Origin: Macrostomum hystrix
Lineage: Eukaryota > Animalia > Platyhelminthes
Direction: 5' to 3'
DNA length: 64,000 bases
Assembly (NCBI GenBank): GCA_950097015.1
Contig: CATNEN010000007.1
Span: 4,030,001-4,094,000 of the forward strand
A program made the translations under genes and the position numbers. The notes under the pieces were generated by a model, which worked only from the letters and a program-made list of their open reading frames with translations, was not told the origin of the DNA and searched no databases. The first letter of the stretch is position 1, and every line of letters starts with the position of its first letter. Below are positions 1 to 13,335 of the stretch, piece after piece.

Positions 1-59
1 TTGCTATAATGCATCCCAATGATCGCCTCTCACATCATGCGATTTCACTTCTTCTCCTA

Positions 60-1440
60 CTCTACAGGCTTAATTTAAAGCGACCTCTTCAATGTCTCAT
101 CTCTGCTCTCTCATCTCTCTGCTGTCTCATCTCTACTGTCTCATCTCTCTGCTGTCTCATCTCTCTGCTGTCCCATCTCTACTGTCTCATCTCTGCTGTC
201 TCATCTCTCTGCTGTCCCATCTCTCTGCTGTCCCATCTCTCTGCTGTCTCATCTCTGCTGTCTCATCTCTCTGCTGTCTCATCTCTCTGCTGTCCCATCT
301 CTACTGTCTCATCTCTCTGCTGTCCCATCTCTCTGCTGTCCCATCTCTCTGCTGTCTCATCTCTCTGCTGTCTCATCTCTGCTGTCTCATCTCTCTGCTG
401 TCTCATCTCTCTGCTGTCTCATCTCTACTGTCTCATCTCTCTGCTGTCTCATCTCTCTGCTGTCTCATCTCTGCTGTCTCATCTCTCTGCTGTCTCATCT
501 CTGCTGTCTCATCTCTCTGCTGTCTCATCTCTGCTGTCTCATCTCTCTGCTGTCTCATCTCTGCTGTCTCATCCCTCTGCTGTCTCATCTCTCTACTGTC
601 TCATCTCTCTGCTGTCCCATCTCTCTGCTGTCTCATCTCTGCTGTCTCATCTCTCTGCTGTCTCATCTCTCTGCTGTCCCATCTCTACTGTCTCATCTCT
701 CTGCTGCCCCATCTCTCTGCTGTCCCATCTCTCTGCTGTCCCATCTCTCTGCTGTCTCATCTCTCTGCTGTCTCATCTCTGCTGTCTCATCTCTCTGCTG
801 TCTCATCTCTCTGCTGTCTCATCTCTACTGTCTCATCTCTCTGCTGTCTCATCTCTCTGCTGTCTCATCTCTGCTGTCTCATCTCTCTGCTGTCTCATCT
901 CTCTGCTGTCTCATCTCTGCTGTCTCATCTCTCTGCTGTCTCATCTCTCTGCTGTCTCATCTCTGCTGTCTCATCTCTCTGCTGTCTCATCTCTGCTGTC
1001 TCATCCCTCTGCTGTCTCATCTCTCTACTGTCTCATCTCTCTGCTGTCTCATCTCTCTGCTGTCTCATCTCTCTGCTGTCCCATCTCTCTGCTGTCTCAT
1101 CTCTCTGCTGTCTCATCTCTCTACTGTCCCATCTCTCTGCTGTCCCATCTCTCTGCTGTCTCATCTCTCTGCTGTCCCATCTCTCTGCTGTCTCATCTCT
1201 CTACTGTCCCATCTCTCTGCTGTCCCATCTCTCTGCTGTCTCATCTCTCTGCTGTCCCATCTCTCTGCTGTCTCATCGCTCTGCTGTCTCATCTCTCTGC
1301 TGTCCCATCTCTCTGCTGTCTCATCTCTCTGCTGTCTCATCTCTCTGCTGTCCCATCTCTCTGCTGTCTCATCGCTCTGCTGTCTCATCTCTCTGCTGTC
1401 CCATCTCTCTGCTGTCTCATTTCTCCCCTGTCTTATCTCT
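60..1440. repeat. Minisatellite array of 16/18-bp CT-rich units (CTGCTGTCTCATCTCT[CT])
   Basis: Directly visible tandem units. The 478/477-aa ORFs are repeat translations (SSLCCLISLLSHL). Confidence 0.95.
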
Positions 1441-1600
1441 TGTAGGTCCCATCTCTGGCAGGTCCCATCTCTGGCAGGTCCTATCTCTGGTAGGTCCCAT
1501 CTCTGGTAGGTCCCATCTCTTGTAGGTCCCATCTCTGGCAGGTCCCATCTCTGGCAGGTCCCATCTCTGGCAGGTCCCATCTCTGGCAGGTCCCATCTGC
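1441..1600. repeat. 16-bp minisatellite (AGGTCCCATCTCTGGC), contiguous with and related to the preceding array
   Basis: About 10 tandem copies sharing the CCCATCTCT core. Confidence 0.9.
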
Positions 1601-2496
1601 GGCCATCTCTTTGTCCCGCGAGTTATCTAATGTTGCCGACCTCAATAATCGAGTAAGCTATGCTGTAGTCAAGGACAACTTAATAACTCTAAATAAAAGT
1701 TATTGGTTATGTTGTCCTTGGCTATTAGTACTACATGGATGTGCAAAGCTTTATAATATATTTCTGCCTGCAAGGCAAGCTTACCTAGAACAGTACATGC
1801 TTACAGATTACAGGCAAAGGTTACGCTCAAAGTCGATGACAATGAGCGAACAGAAAAGCATTCAGCAGCAGACTCTCCGAATGATAGCGAGGTCCCGCCA
1901 ACAGGTACACAGAAGGAAAGGCTTTGACAATGAAGCAACGGCTGCCTTGACAATTAGCTAATTAGAATATGGAGTTAATTTTTGTTTAAACGAATCAAAT
2001 GAAACCTAGTGTTAGGATAAGACTCGCGTTTGTAAAACAGAATTTGTTTTCTTTTAAATCCTGAATGCAGAGAAGCTGTCAATGGCGCGAAGTGACCACT
2101 GCACTGAAAACAGTAAAGAATGATTTCGCAATTTTATCTCGGCATTTCGCTCCAAGCCAACAATTCTCGCGACCGGAAGCGCTTGGAAGGTCTAAGAAAC
2201 AAACTAATATTAAAAACTTGCAAGAAATTTTGCGCATCACACTACTTACACAGAAATGGTTAGTAGGCTTTGGTGGAAAGTGAATCTGTGTTAATGTTAA
2301 TGTTAATTAATGTTAATTGGCTGGTCTCATCGCTGCAATGCCCTTTTATTGGCACGCGTCCCATGCCAACAGTCTCAGGTAAGCCACAGACTCACCAGCT
2401 GGCTAGAGTCAAATAAAAAAACTGCTCACAAGGAGGAAAGGAAAGGATTTGGGAAGAATAGAACAGAATCCCAGCCGGGGGAGAGGATTTTGGATC

Positions 2497-5400
2497 TCAG
2501 CAGGGGCCGCCAGGGACTGGCTTCTCTGCCTCGTCGCCCAGCATGCCCTTGATGTCCTCCTCGAACATGGCGATGGTGAACATCACGCCCACGCCAGTCA
2601 TGATGCCCACGTTCTGCAGGAGGAAGTGCGCGATGCGGGACTCGCCCGGCTTCACGTTCACCAAGTTCAGCTCGGGCAGCTGCGGGCGGCGGGATCAGTT
2701 TGCGGTGAACAATCTGGGACTCGGTATGTGGGATCTGGGACTCGGTATGTGGGATCTGGGACTCGGTATGTGGGATCTGGGACTCGGTATGTGGGATCTG
2801 GGATTCGGTATGTAGGATCTGGGATTCGGTATGTAGGATCTGGGATTTAGAATGTTGAATCTGGGACTCGGTCTGTGGGATCTGGGATTCGGTCTATGGG
2901 ATCTCGTACTCGATATGTGAGAGCTGGGATTCAGTAGGTAGGATTTGGGATTTAGTAATTAGGATCTGATATTCGGTCTATGGGATCTCGTACTCGATAT
3001 GTGAGAGCTGGGATTCAGTAAGTAGGATTTGGGATTTAGTAATTAGGATCTGGGATTTAGTAACTAGGATTTGGGATTTAGTAACTAGGAACTGGGATTT
3101 AGTAACTAGGATCTGGAATTTAGTAACTAGGAACTGGGATTAAGTATGTAGGATTTAGGATTCAGTATATAGGATCTGGGATTCAGTATATAGGATCTGG
3201 GATTCAGTATGTTGGATTTGGGATTCAGTATATAGGATATGGGATTCAGTATGTTGGATTTGGGATTCGGGATTTAGTATATGGTATAAAGGATCTAGAA
3301 TAGAGCTGTCTAAAGATTCCAGCACGCCCTCACCATGTCCACCAGGGAGATGTAGATGAAGATGCCGCCGGTGACGGCGAATATCCAGTAGCTGGCGCTG
3401 GTCACGTTGCCCAGGAAGATGCCGATCACCATGCCGACCGCGGCCAGGCCGGAGGACAGGATGTTATACATCAGCGCCTGCTTCACCCGCATGCCTGTCT
3501 TCAGCAGCACGGCGAAATCACCTGCGGGGAAGTTGTGGATCAGAATGCCTAGTTAGGATGCCGATGCTCAGGTTTTTAATCTAAGATCCCCATTGTATTT
3601 TGATACCCCTTTCAAGATTTCGTAGATCCCCAATTCTTCCAGTCTTAGATCTCTAATTGTACAAGTCTTAGATCCCCAATTCTACATGTCTTAGATCCCC
3701 AATTCTACATGTCATAGATCCCCAATTCTACATGTCATAGATCCCCAATTCTACATGTCATAGATCCCCAATTCTACATGTCATAGATCCCCAATTCTAC
3801 ATGTCATAGATCCCCAATTCTACATGTCATAGATCCCCAATTCTACATGTCATAGATCCCCAATTCTACATGTCTTAGATCCCCAATTCTACATGTCTTA
3901 GATCCCCAATTCTACATGTCTTAGATCCCCAATTCTACATGTCTTAGATCCCCAATTCTACATGTCTTAGATCCACAATTCTACATGTCTTAGATCCCCA
4001 ATTCTACATGTCTTAGATCCACAATTCTACATGTCATAGATCCCCAATTCTTCAAGTCTTAGATCCCCAATTCTTCAAGTCATAGATGCCCAATTCTACA
4101 TGTCATAGATCCACAATTCTTCAAGTCTTAGATCCCCAATTCTTCAAGTCATAGATCCCCACCTCCAGCTTCTGATCCCATGGGATTTCTCACCCAGCTC
4201 GTGCGGCAGCTCGTGGCAGAACACGGCGATGCTGGTGGAGATGCCGCCGGTGATGCTCTGAGCGAAGGCGGCCCCGATGGCCAGGCCGTCGGTGAAATTG
4301 TGAAGCCCATCGCCGAAGATCACCATCCAGGCCACGGACACCAGCGACTGGGGGATCTCGTGGCCGTGGCCGTGGCCGTGAGCGTGGCTGTGAGAGCGAT
4401 CCTTCTCCGGCGAGGATTTCCTAGCCGACGGCACCACCAGCTGGACGTCGTGATTTGCCTTGGCGGCGATGCCGTCTCCGGAACCGGCGACTCCGGCGGC
4501 GGGGGAGGCTGGCGGCTCCAGGTGGTGACGCGGCGAGGTGCCGCTGTTCGAGTCCTCCTGCGACTGCTTGTGAGGCGGCTGCGGCTGCGCCGTCTTGTCA
4601 AGCAGCCGGCAGCCTTCCTCCTCATCGCTGCTGCAGTCGGCGGCATTTTTGAAGGTGTCGATGCTGCGTAGAGCTGGGGGAATGGGGTGGGCTAGATAAG
4701 GATCTAATGGGAACTCAAATTCAGATTTCATTATCCCAACTCTAATTCAGATCCCATTATCCCAACTCCAATTCAGATTCATTATCCCAACTCCAATTCA
4801 GATTCATTATCCCAACTTACATTCAGATCCCATAATCCCAACTCCAATTCAGATTCATTATCCCAACTCAAATTCAGATTTCATTATCCTCTAAACTCTA
4901 TCCTTAAACTCTAATTCAAATCCCATTATCACAACTTGCATTCAGATCCCATAATCCTAACTCCAATTCAGATCCCCATTCACCTTTGCTGCTGAGTCCG
5001 GTGGTGAAGATGTCATCGCAGGATTTGGCGCCCATCATGCGGGTGGCCCGACGCCGCTGCTCCTCCGTCACGTTGGTACCGCCGCCGCCGCTACCGCCGC
5101 GGTTGTCGGCGTCGCCGCCTGCTGCGGCTTCTCGCTCGGCTTCCTCCTGAGATTGCGATTACAATTCTTAGGATTTGTACTCATATTATTAGGATTTGTA
5201 CTCATGCTTGGGATTCGAACTCAAATGCTTAGGATTTGTACTCATGTGCTTAGGATTTGTACTCATATGCTTAGGATTTGTACTCATGAACTTGGTATTT
5301 GTACTCATGAACTTGGTACTTGTACTCATGAACTTGGTATTTGTACTCATGAACTTGGTATTTGTACTCATGAACTTGGTATTTGTACTCATGAACTTGG

Positions 5401-8400
5401 TATTTGTACTCATGAACTTGGTATTTGTACTCATGAACTTGGTATTTGTACTCATGAACTTGGTATTTGTACTCATGAACTTGGTATTTGTACTCATGAA
5501 CTTGGTACTTGTACTCATGAACTTGGTATTTGTACTCATGAACTTGGTACTTGTACTCATGAACTTGGTATTTGTACTCATGAACTTGGTATTTGTACTC
5601 ATGAACTTGGTATTTGTACTCATGAACTTGGTATTTGTACTCATGAACTTGGTATTTGTACTAATATGGTTGGTATTCGTACTCAGATCGTACAAAATCC
5701 TCGCGCATTACTAACAGTAGTGAGTAAAACTGAATCAGTATGAAAAATGACAGCGGTTTACACTTGTTTAAAAAGTAAATCGCAGGAAACTCTTCTAAAT
5801 TTCAAACGCACACAAGACGTGGTTAACTGGAAAATTATTTTGTTATTTTGTTTGCATTATTATGGTTAGTAGACCGCCAATTACAGCCCCGTGTTAAATT
5901 ATCGATTGATTGCGTTATCAAGGTGCGTCGGCTTAGATTATAATCAAGTTGTCAATAAATGCCAATTAAAGATCGATAACATGGGACTTAAATAGTTGCA
6001 CAATCAAAGCTTTGCAGATGAACATAGTAGTAATTATACAATATTTTCCCATCAATAGCAAAGGCAGGGAGGGATAAAAGTCCCAGACACCGGCCGAGTG
6101 CTCCCGCCCTCCCGCTTACAGAGCCGGCGCGAAGGCGCAGCTTCTGCGCGTGACTTTTGCGGCGAGTCTGAAATACAATGGAGCAGCAGAGGCGCTGACA
6201 CTTTTGGGATCTGCCACAACGTCCCATTTGAGGATTTTCAACTTGAGATTTAAATAAATTCTTGACTTTGGGATCTGAACCCTTGAATTTGGGATCTGAA
6301 CTCTTGACTTTGGGATCTGAACTCTTGACTTTGGGATCTGAACTCTTGACTTTGGGATCTGAACTCTTGAAATTGGGATCTGAACTCTTGACTTTGGGAT
6401 CTGAACTCTTGACTTTGGGATCTGAACTCTTGAAATTGGGATCTGAACTCTTGACTTTGGGATCTGAACTCTTGACTTTGGGATCTGAACCCTTGACTTT
6501 GGGATCTGAACTCTTGAATTTGGGATCTGAACTCTTGACTTTGGGATCTGAACTCTTGAATTTGGGATCTGTACTCTTGACTTTGGGATCTGAAACCTTG
6601 ACTTTGGGATCTGAAACCTTGACTTTGGGATCTGAACTCTTGACTTTGGGATCTGAACTCTTGACTTTGGGATCTGAACTCTTGACTTTGGGATCTGAAC
6701 TCTTGACTTTGGGATCTGAACTCTTGACTTTGGGATCTGAACTCTTGACTTTGGGATCTGAACTCTTGAATTTGGGATCTGAACTCTTGACTTTGGGATC
6801 TGAACTCTTGAATTTGGGATCTGTACTCTTGACTTTGGGATCTGAAACCTTGACTTTGGGATCTGAAACCTTGACTTTGGGATCTGAACTCTTGACTTTG
6901 GGATCTGAACTCTTGACTTTGGGATCTGAACTCTTGACTTTGGGATCTGTACTCTTGACTTTAAGATCTGAACTCTTGACTTTGGGATCTGAACTCTTGA
7001 CTTTGGGATCTGAACTCTTGACTTTGGGATCTGAACTCTTGAATTTGGGATCTGTACTCTTGACTTTGGGATCTGAAACCTTGACTTTGGGATCTGTACT
7101 CTTGAATTTGGGATCTGAACTCTTGACTTTGGGATCTGAAACCTTGAATTTGGGATCTGAAACCTTGACTTTGGGATCTGTACTCTTGACTTTAAGATCT
7201 GAACTCTTGACTTTGGGATCTGAACTCTTGACTTTGGGATCTGAACTCTTGAAATTGGGATCTGAACTCTTGACTTTGGGATCTGAACTCTTGACTTTGG
7301 GATCTGAACCCTTGACTTTGGGATCTGAACTCTTGACTTTGGGATCTGAACCCTTGACTTTGGGATCTGAACTCTTGAATTTGGGATCTGAACTCTTGAA
7401 TTTGGGATCTGAACTCTTGAATTTGGGATCTGAACTCTTGACTTTGGGATCTGAGCTCTTAAATTTGGGATCTGAACTCTTGACTTTGGGATCTGAACTC
7501 TTGACTTTGGGATCTGAACTCTTGACTTTGGGATCTGAACCCTTGACTTTGGGATCTGAACTCTTGAATTTGGGATCTGCCACAACGTCCCATTTGAGGA
7601 TTTTCAACTTGAGATTTAAATAAATTCTTGACTTTGGGATCTGAACCCTTGACTTTGGGATCTGAACCCTTGACTTTGGGATCTGAATTCTTGACTTTGG
7701 GATCTGAACTCTTGACTTTGGGATCTGAACTCTTGACTTTAGGATCTGAACTCTTGACTTTGGGATCTGAACCCTTGACTTTGGGATCTGAATTCTTGAC
7801 TTTGGGATCTGAACTCTTGACTTTGGGATCTGAACTCTTGACTTTGGGATCTGAACTCTTGACTTTTGGATCTGAACTCTTGACTTTGGGATCTGAACTC
7901 TTGACTTTGGGATCTGAACTCTTGACTTTGGGATCTGAACTCTTGACTTTGGGATCTGAACTCTTGACTTTGGGATCTGAACCCTTGACTTTGGGATCTG
8001 AATTCTTGACTTTGGGATCTGAACTCTTGACTTTGGGATCTGAACTCTTGACTTTGGGATCTGAACTCTTGACTTTTGGATCTGAACTCTTGACTTTGGG
8101 ATCTGAACTCTTGACTTTGGGATCTGAACTCTTGACTTTGGGATCTGAACTCTTGACTTTGGGATCTGAACTCTTGACTTTGGGATCTGAACTCTTGAAT
8201 TTGGGATCTGAACTCTTGACTTTGGGATCTGAACTCTTGAATTTGGGATCTGTACTCTTGACTTTGGGATCTGAAACCTTGACTTTGGGATCTGAAACCT
8301 TGACTTTGGGATCTGAACTCTTGACTTTGGGATCTGAACTCTTAAATTTGGGATCTGAACTCTTGACTTTGGGATCTGAACTCTTGACTTTGGGATCTGA

Positions 8401-11400
8401 ACTCTTGACTTTGGGATCTGAACTCTTGACTTTGGGATCTGAACTCTTGACTTTGGGATCTGAACTCTTGACTTTGGGATCTGAACTCTTGAATTTGGGA
8501 TCTGTACTCTTGACTTTGGGATCTGAAACCTTGACTTTGGGATCTGAAACCTTGACTTTGGGATCTGAACTCTTGACTTTGGGATCTGAACTCTTGACTT
8601 TGGGATAAGAACTCTTGACTTTGGAATCTGAACTCTTGACTTTGGGATCTGAACTCTTAAATTTGGGATAAGAACTCTTGACTTTTGGATCTGAGCTCTT
8701 GAATTTGGGATCTGAACTCTTAAATTTGGGATCTGAACTCTTGACTTTGGGATCTGAACTCTTGACTTTGGGATCTGAACTCTTGACTTTGGGATCTGAA
8801 CTCTTGACTTTGGGATAAGAACTCTTGACTTTGGGATCTGAACTCTTGACTTTGGGATCTGAACTCTTAAATTTGGGATCTGAACTCTTAAATTTGGGAT
8901 CTGAACTCTTGACTTTGGGATCTGAACTCTTGACTTTGGGATCTGAACTCTTGACTTTGGGATCTGAACTCTTGACTTTGGGATAAGAACTCTTGACTTT
9001 GGGATCTGAACTCTTGACTTTGGGATCTGAACTCTTGACTTTGGGATCTGAACTCTTGACTTTGGGATCTGAACTCTTAAATTTGGGATCTGAACTCTTA
9101 AATTTGGGATCTGAACTCTTGACTTTGGGATCTGAACTCTTGACTTTGGGATCTGAACTCTTGACTTTGGGATCTGAACTCTTGACTTTGGGATAAGAAC
9201 TCTTGACTTTGGGATCTGAACTCTTGACTTTGGGATCTGAACTCTTGACTTTGGGATCTGAACTCTTGACTTTGGGATCTGAACTCTTGACTTTGGGATC
9301 TGAACTCTTGACTTTGGGATCTGAACTCTTGACTTTGGGATAAGAACTCTTGACTTTGGGATCTGAACTCTTGACTTTGGGATCTGAACTCTTGACTTTG
9401 GGATCTGAACTCTTGACTTTGGGATCTGAACTCTTGACTTTTGGATCTGAACTCTTGACTTTGGGATCTGAACTCTTGACTTTGGGATAAGAACTCTTGA
9501 CTTTGGGATCTGAACTCTTGACTTTGGGATCTGAACTCTTGACTTTGGGATCTGAACTCTTGACTTTGGGATAAGAACTCTTGACTTTGGGATCTGAACT
9601 CTTGACTTTGGGATCTGAACTCTTGACTTTGGGATCTGAACTCTTGACTTTGGGATCTGAACTCTTGACTTTGGGATCTGAACTCTTGACTTTGGGATCT
9701 GAACTCTTAAATTTGGGATCTGAACTCTTGACTTCGGGATCTGAACTCTTAAATTTGGGATCTGAACTCTTGACTTTGGGATCTGAACTCTTGACTTTGG
9801 GATCTGAACTCTTGACTTTGGGATCTGAACTCTTGACTTTGGGATAAGAACTCTTGACTTTGGGATCTGAACTCTTGACTTTGGGATCTGAACTCTTGAC
9901 TTTGGGATCTGAACTCTTAAATTTGGGATCTGAACTCTTGACTTTGGGATCTGAACTCTTGACTTTGGGATCTGAACTCTTGACTTTGGGATAAGAACTC
10001 TTGACTTTGGGATCTGAACTCTTGACTTTGGGATCTGAACTCTTAAATTTGGGATCTGAACCCTTGACTTTGGGATCTGAACTCTTGAATTTGGGATCTG
10101 AACTCTTGAATTTGGGATCTGAACTCTTGACTTTGGGATCTGTACTCTTGACTTTTGGATCTGAGCTCTTGAATTTGGGATCTGAACTCTTGACTTTGGG
10201 ATCTATATTCTTGAATTTGGGATCTGAACTCTTGACTTTGGGATCTGAACTCATGAATTGAGGAAAAATCTAAAATTTGGGATTCAATTCTAAAATGTGG
10301 GATTCATGAACTTAGTATTAAAATATTTCGCCGTCGGACTGTAAATTGCGAGTAGCAATCACTTCTAGGCGAAACTATAGCTAGAAGTGTAAATTTATAA
10401 TTTCTTCTTTTCTAAATGAGCAAAATACTTGTATGAGTAAATTTTCTGGTCCAAAATATATTTATAATCGAATACTTTTAGGTCATGCTGATGAATTTTT
10501 AACGGTAGGATTTTAATTTTGGCTGTTGCTTGTTTTTAAATTAATAGGGGGGGGCAGATTAAGGCAGGCACTAAAAGACGGAAACAAAAAAACTGCCAAA
10601 TCTCACTTCAACTAAAAAAATAGATTCATGCAAATATGAAATTTTGCTGAGTGAAACGCTTAGGAAGACGCATAGACGGGTGAGATAGAATGGGGTGAGA
10701 AATAGACGGTGAGATAGATTGGGGTGAGAAATAGACGGTGAGATAGATTGGGGTGAGAAATAGACGGTGAGATAGAATGGGGTGAGAAATAGACGGGTGA
10801 GATAGAATGGGGTGAGAAATAAATGGGTGAGATAGATTGGGGTGAGAAATAAATGGGTGAGATAGATTGGGGTGAGAAATAGACGGTGAGATAGATTGGG
10901 GTGAGAAATAGACGGTGAGATAGAATGGGGTGAGAAATAGACGGGTGAGATAGAATGGGGTGAGAAATAAATGGGTGAGATAGATTGGGGTGAGAAATAG
11001 ACGGTGAGATAGATTGGGGTGAGAAATAGACGGTGAGATAGATTGGGGTGAAAAACTTTTAGTATAGTGCCGTAAAGAATCTAGAGGGATAAGGATAAAG
11101 GAAAAATGAGGATAGGAAGCGACCGTTGGGAAATTGGGATTAGTGGGAAGGGCAGAGCATGGTTCAGTTATGCTCAAACCTTGCCAGGTCAGAAGCCTTC
11201 TCACCTCCATCGCCTGCCTCTCGGAGCGGTACTCGGTAACCAAGGCGACGATTTTCTCGGCCATGAAGAAGAAGTACACACCACCCAGGGCCACCAAGCC
11301 TTTGAAAACTGTCTGACGCTCGTTGTGGCAGCGCTCTGCGTGCGCGTTCTCCATTGCCGACTTCACTATGGCCTGCGGGGCAGCGGGTGCGTCATTGTTG

Positions 11401-12434
11401 CCATGGCGACATTCGGAGCAGGTTTATGAGTCGAGGGCAGGGGATTAGTAGAGCCTGATGGGACAGGTGTTCGTAGGTCACAAAGTCTGTTGGGTCAGGG
11501 GTGGGTAGTCTGTTGGGTCAGGGGTGGGTAGTCTGTTGGGTCAGGGGTGGGTAGTCTTTTGGGTCAGGGATGGGTAGTCTGCTGGGTCAGGGGTGGGTAC
11601 GTGGCTGGGTCAGGGGTGGGTAGATGGCTGGGTCAGGGGTGGGTAGTCTGTTGGGTCAGGGATGGGTAGTCTGCTGGGTCAGGGATGGGTAGTCTGTTGG
11701 GTCAGGGGTGGGTAGTCTTTTGGGTCAGGGATGGGTAGTCTGTTGGGTCAGGGGTGGGTAGTCTTTTGGGTCAGGGATGGGTAGTCTGCTGGGTCAGGGG
11801 TGGGTACGTGGCTGGGTCAGGGGTGGGTAGATGGCTGGGTCAGGGATGGGTAGTCTGCTGGGTCAGGGGTGGGTAGGTGGCTGGGTCAGGGGTGGGTAGT
11901 CTGTTGGGTCAGGGGTGGGTAGTCTGTTGGGTAAGGGGTGGGTAGTCTATTGGGTCGGGTTCTGATTGCAGCCGGGCTCACGTGGGGCAGCAGGTGCAGC
12001 ATGGCGTCGCCGGTGAGGGAGCCCACGGCCAACGCCACCAGGTACTGGATGAAGTGGTTGTAGTAGGTGGACTGCACCAGTGGCACAACGGCCACGGCGG
12101 CCAACCCGACCAGGCTGATGATGAGGATTGACACGAACGACACCAGCCATACTGCGGGATTCGGTTTGGCGCAGTGGATGAGTCACGAGTTCGATTCGTT
12201 AGCTTTTCAAAGTTTATTTCTAGATTCTAGATTCTAGATTCTGGGTTCAAGGTTCAATGTCTAGGTACTAGGTGCTAGGTGCTAGGTCTAGGTGCTAGAT
12301 TTCATCTCACCTTTGGGTCGCGCGAAGCTCGCCTGCTCATCGGCCGCGTCAGCAACTCGGCTGCCGTTGCTGATGGAATTTGTCGCCGAGGAAGGCGCAG
12401 ACGTGACCGAAGCCGGCTGAGCACTGCAAGCCTC
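2497..12434 (-). CDS. ZIP/SLC39 zinc transporter, LIV-1 subfamily (ZIP6/10-like); 3' part of a multi-exon gene, 5' exons not resolved
   Basis: GT-AG exons with consistent phases: 12434-12311, 12151-11982, 11372-11205, 6167-6120, 5146-4984, 4673-4194, 3521-3334, 2679-2497 (TGA). The spliced product shows TM1-2 ([17 protein letters not shown]), a His-rich loop ([11 protein letters not shown]), [10 protein letters not shown], the LIV-1 motif [15 protein letters not shown] and LVDMLPEL. Confidence 0.93.
2715..3295. repeat. Intronic ~21-bp minisatellite (CTGGGATTCGGTATGTAGGAT-like), degenerate distally
   Basis: Tandem units fill the last ZIP intron. Confidence 0.9.
3640..4160. repeat. Intronic 23-bp minisatellite (TAGATCCCCAATTCTACATGTC[A/T])
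   Basis: About 22 tandem copies within the ZIP intron 3522-4193. Confidence 0.95.
4700..4980. repeat. Intronic ~25-bp minisatellite (CAGATTCATTATCCCAACTCCAATT-like)
   Basis: Degenerate tandem units within the ZIP intron 4674-4983. Confidence 0.85.
5165..5665. repeat. Intronic 21-bp minisatellite (GAACTTGGTATTTGTACTCAT)
   Basis: Tandem copies. The ORFs ELGICTH / STNTKFM are repeat translations. Confidence 0.95.
6200..10255. repeat. Large intronic 21-bp satellite (TTGACTTTGGGATCTGAACTC), ~4 kb, with a duplicated unique spacer
   Basis: Roughly 190 copies. The same non-repeat spacer occurs at ~6213-6260 and ~7580-7627. Confidence 0.97.
10670..11050. repeat. Intronic ~29-bp minisatellite (GAGATAGATTGGGGTGAGAAATAGACGGT)
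   Basis: Tandem units, purine-rich on +. Confidence 0.9.
11485..11950. repeat. Intronic 23-bp G-rich minisatellite (GGGTCAGGGGTGGGTAGTCTGTT)
   Basis: Tandem units within the ZIP intron 11373-11981, with repeated GGG runs. Confidence 0.92.
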
Positions 12435-12919
12435 CTGGTGGCGGGTGGGTGGGTTTTAGAAGTTTCGTTGTCCCCAACATTCATGAAAAACTCGACTCAT
12501 TCTCCCTCACGCTGTCTATCTCCAACTGACAGGGACTTTCAATCGCACTTTGCAGCTCAGCTAAGTGCAAATTCACGGACCCCAGTTTCATTCAATTTAC
12601 ATTCTCCTTTATCAGTTTCTCCTCTCCATCACTGACTCCTAATCCCTTCCAAATTCCATGTGAGCTAATTTCGCAGTCTCCAACTTTGTCTCGCTCGGTC
12701 CATCCTTAAAGAAATCCATTGATAGGCAGTCAAGCCGGGTTCCCCCTGTCACCCTCAGGCAGTCAGTTCCTGAGCTGGCTGGCTGCACTTCTCTGTCCCC
12801 AGAGCGAGCAGGCAAGACTGAATTTGTTCTCCAATCAGAGTGCACTTGTCCGTGCATCGCAGCGGGCAGTGAGTCACCAACAGTTTATAGCTGCTGTGGG
12901 TCCAGCCAATCCCTGGGGT

Positions 12920-13335
12920 CTGTGTCTTATCACTCCCGTCTCATCTATCCCCTGTTTCAACTCTCCATGTCTTATCTCTCCCGCGTCTCACCTCGCCTAT
13001 GTCTCATCTCTCCCCTGTTTCAACTCTCCATGTCTCATCTCTCCCATGTCCTATTTCACCCGCGTCTCATCTCTCCCCTGTCTTAACTCTCTCATCTAAT
13101 CTCTCCCGTCTCATTCTATATGTTACCTCTGGCCCGTCCTAACTTTCCCCTGTTTCATCTCTCCCTGTTTCAACTCTCCATGTCTTATCTCTCCCGCGTC
13201 TCAACTCGCCTGTCTCATCTCTCCCCTGTTTCAACTCTCCCATGTCTCATCTCTCCCCTGTCTTAACTCTCATCTAATCTCTCCCGTCTCATTCCATATT
13301 TTACCTCTGGCCCGTCCTATCTCTCCCGTGTCTCA
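12920..13335. repeat. Degenerate CT-rich repeat (TCTCATCTCTCCCCTGTTTCAACTCTCC)
   Basis: Repeated blocks sharing TCTCATCTCT with the array at 60-1440. Confidence 0.75.

Noticed and set aside
9-1525. 478/477-aa ORFs
   Set aside because: Translations of a stop-free minisatellite.
2449-4671. Plus-strand ORFs overlapping ZIP exons
   Set aside because: Antisense shadows of GC-rich coding exons.
6213-7627. CRISPR-like repeat-spacer appearance of the arrays
   Set aside because: Units are contiguous with no unique spacer series, there are no cas genes, and the context is eukaryotic.
5988-10254. 931-aa and other SSDPKVK / LTLGSEL ORFs
   Set aside because: A 21-bp satellite within a ZIP intron; open in several frames on both strands. 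Only the 48-bp microexon is retained.
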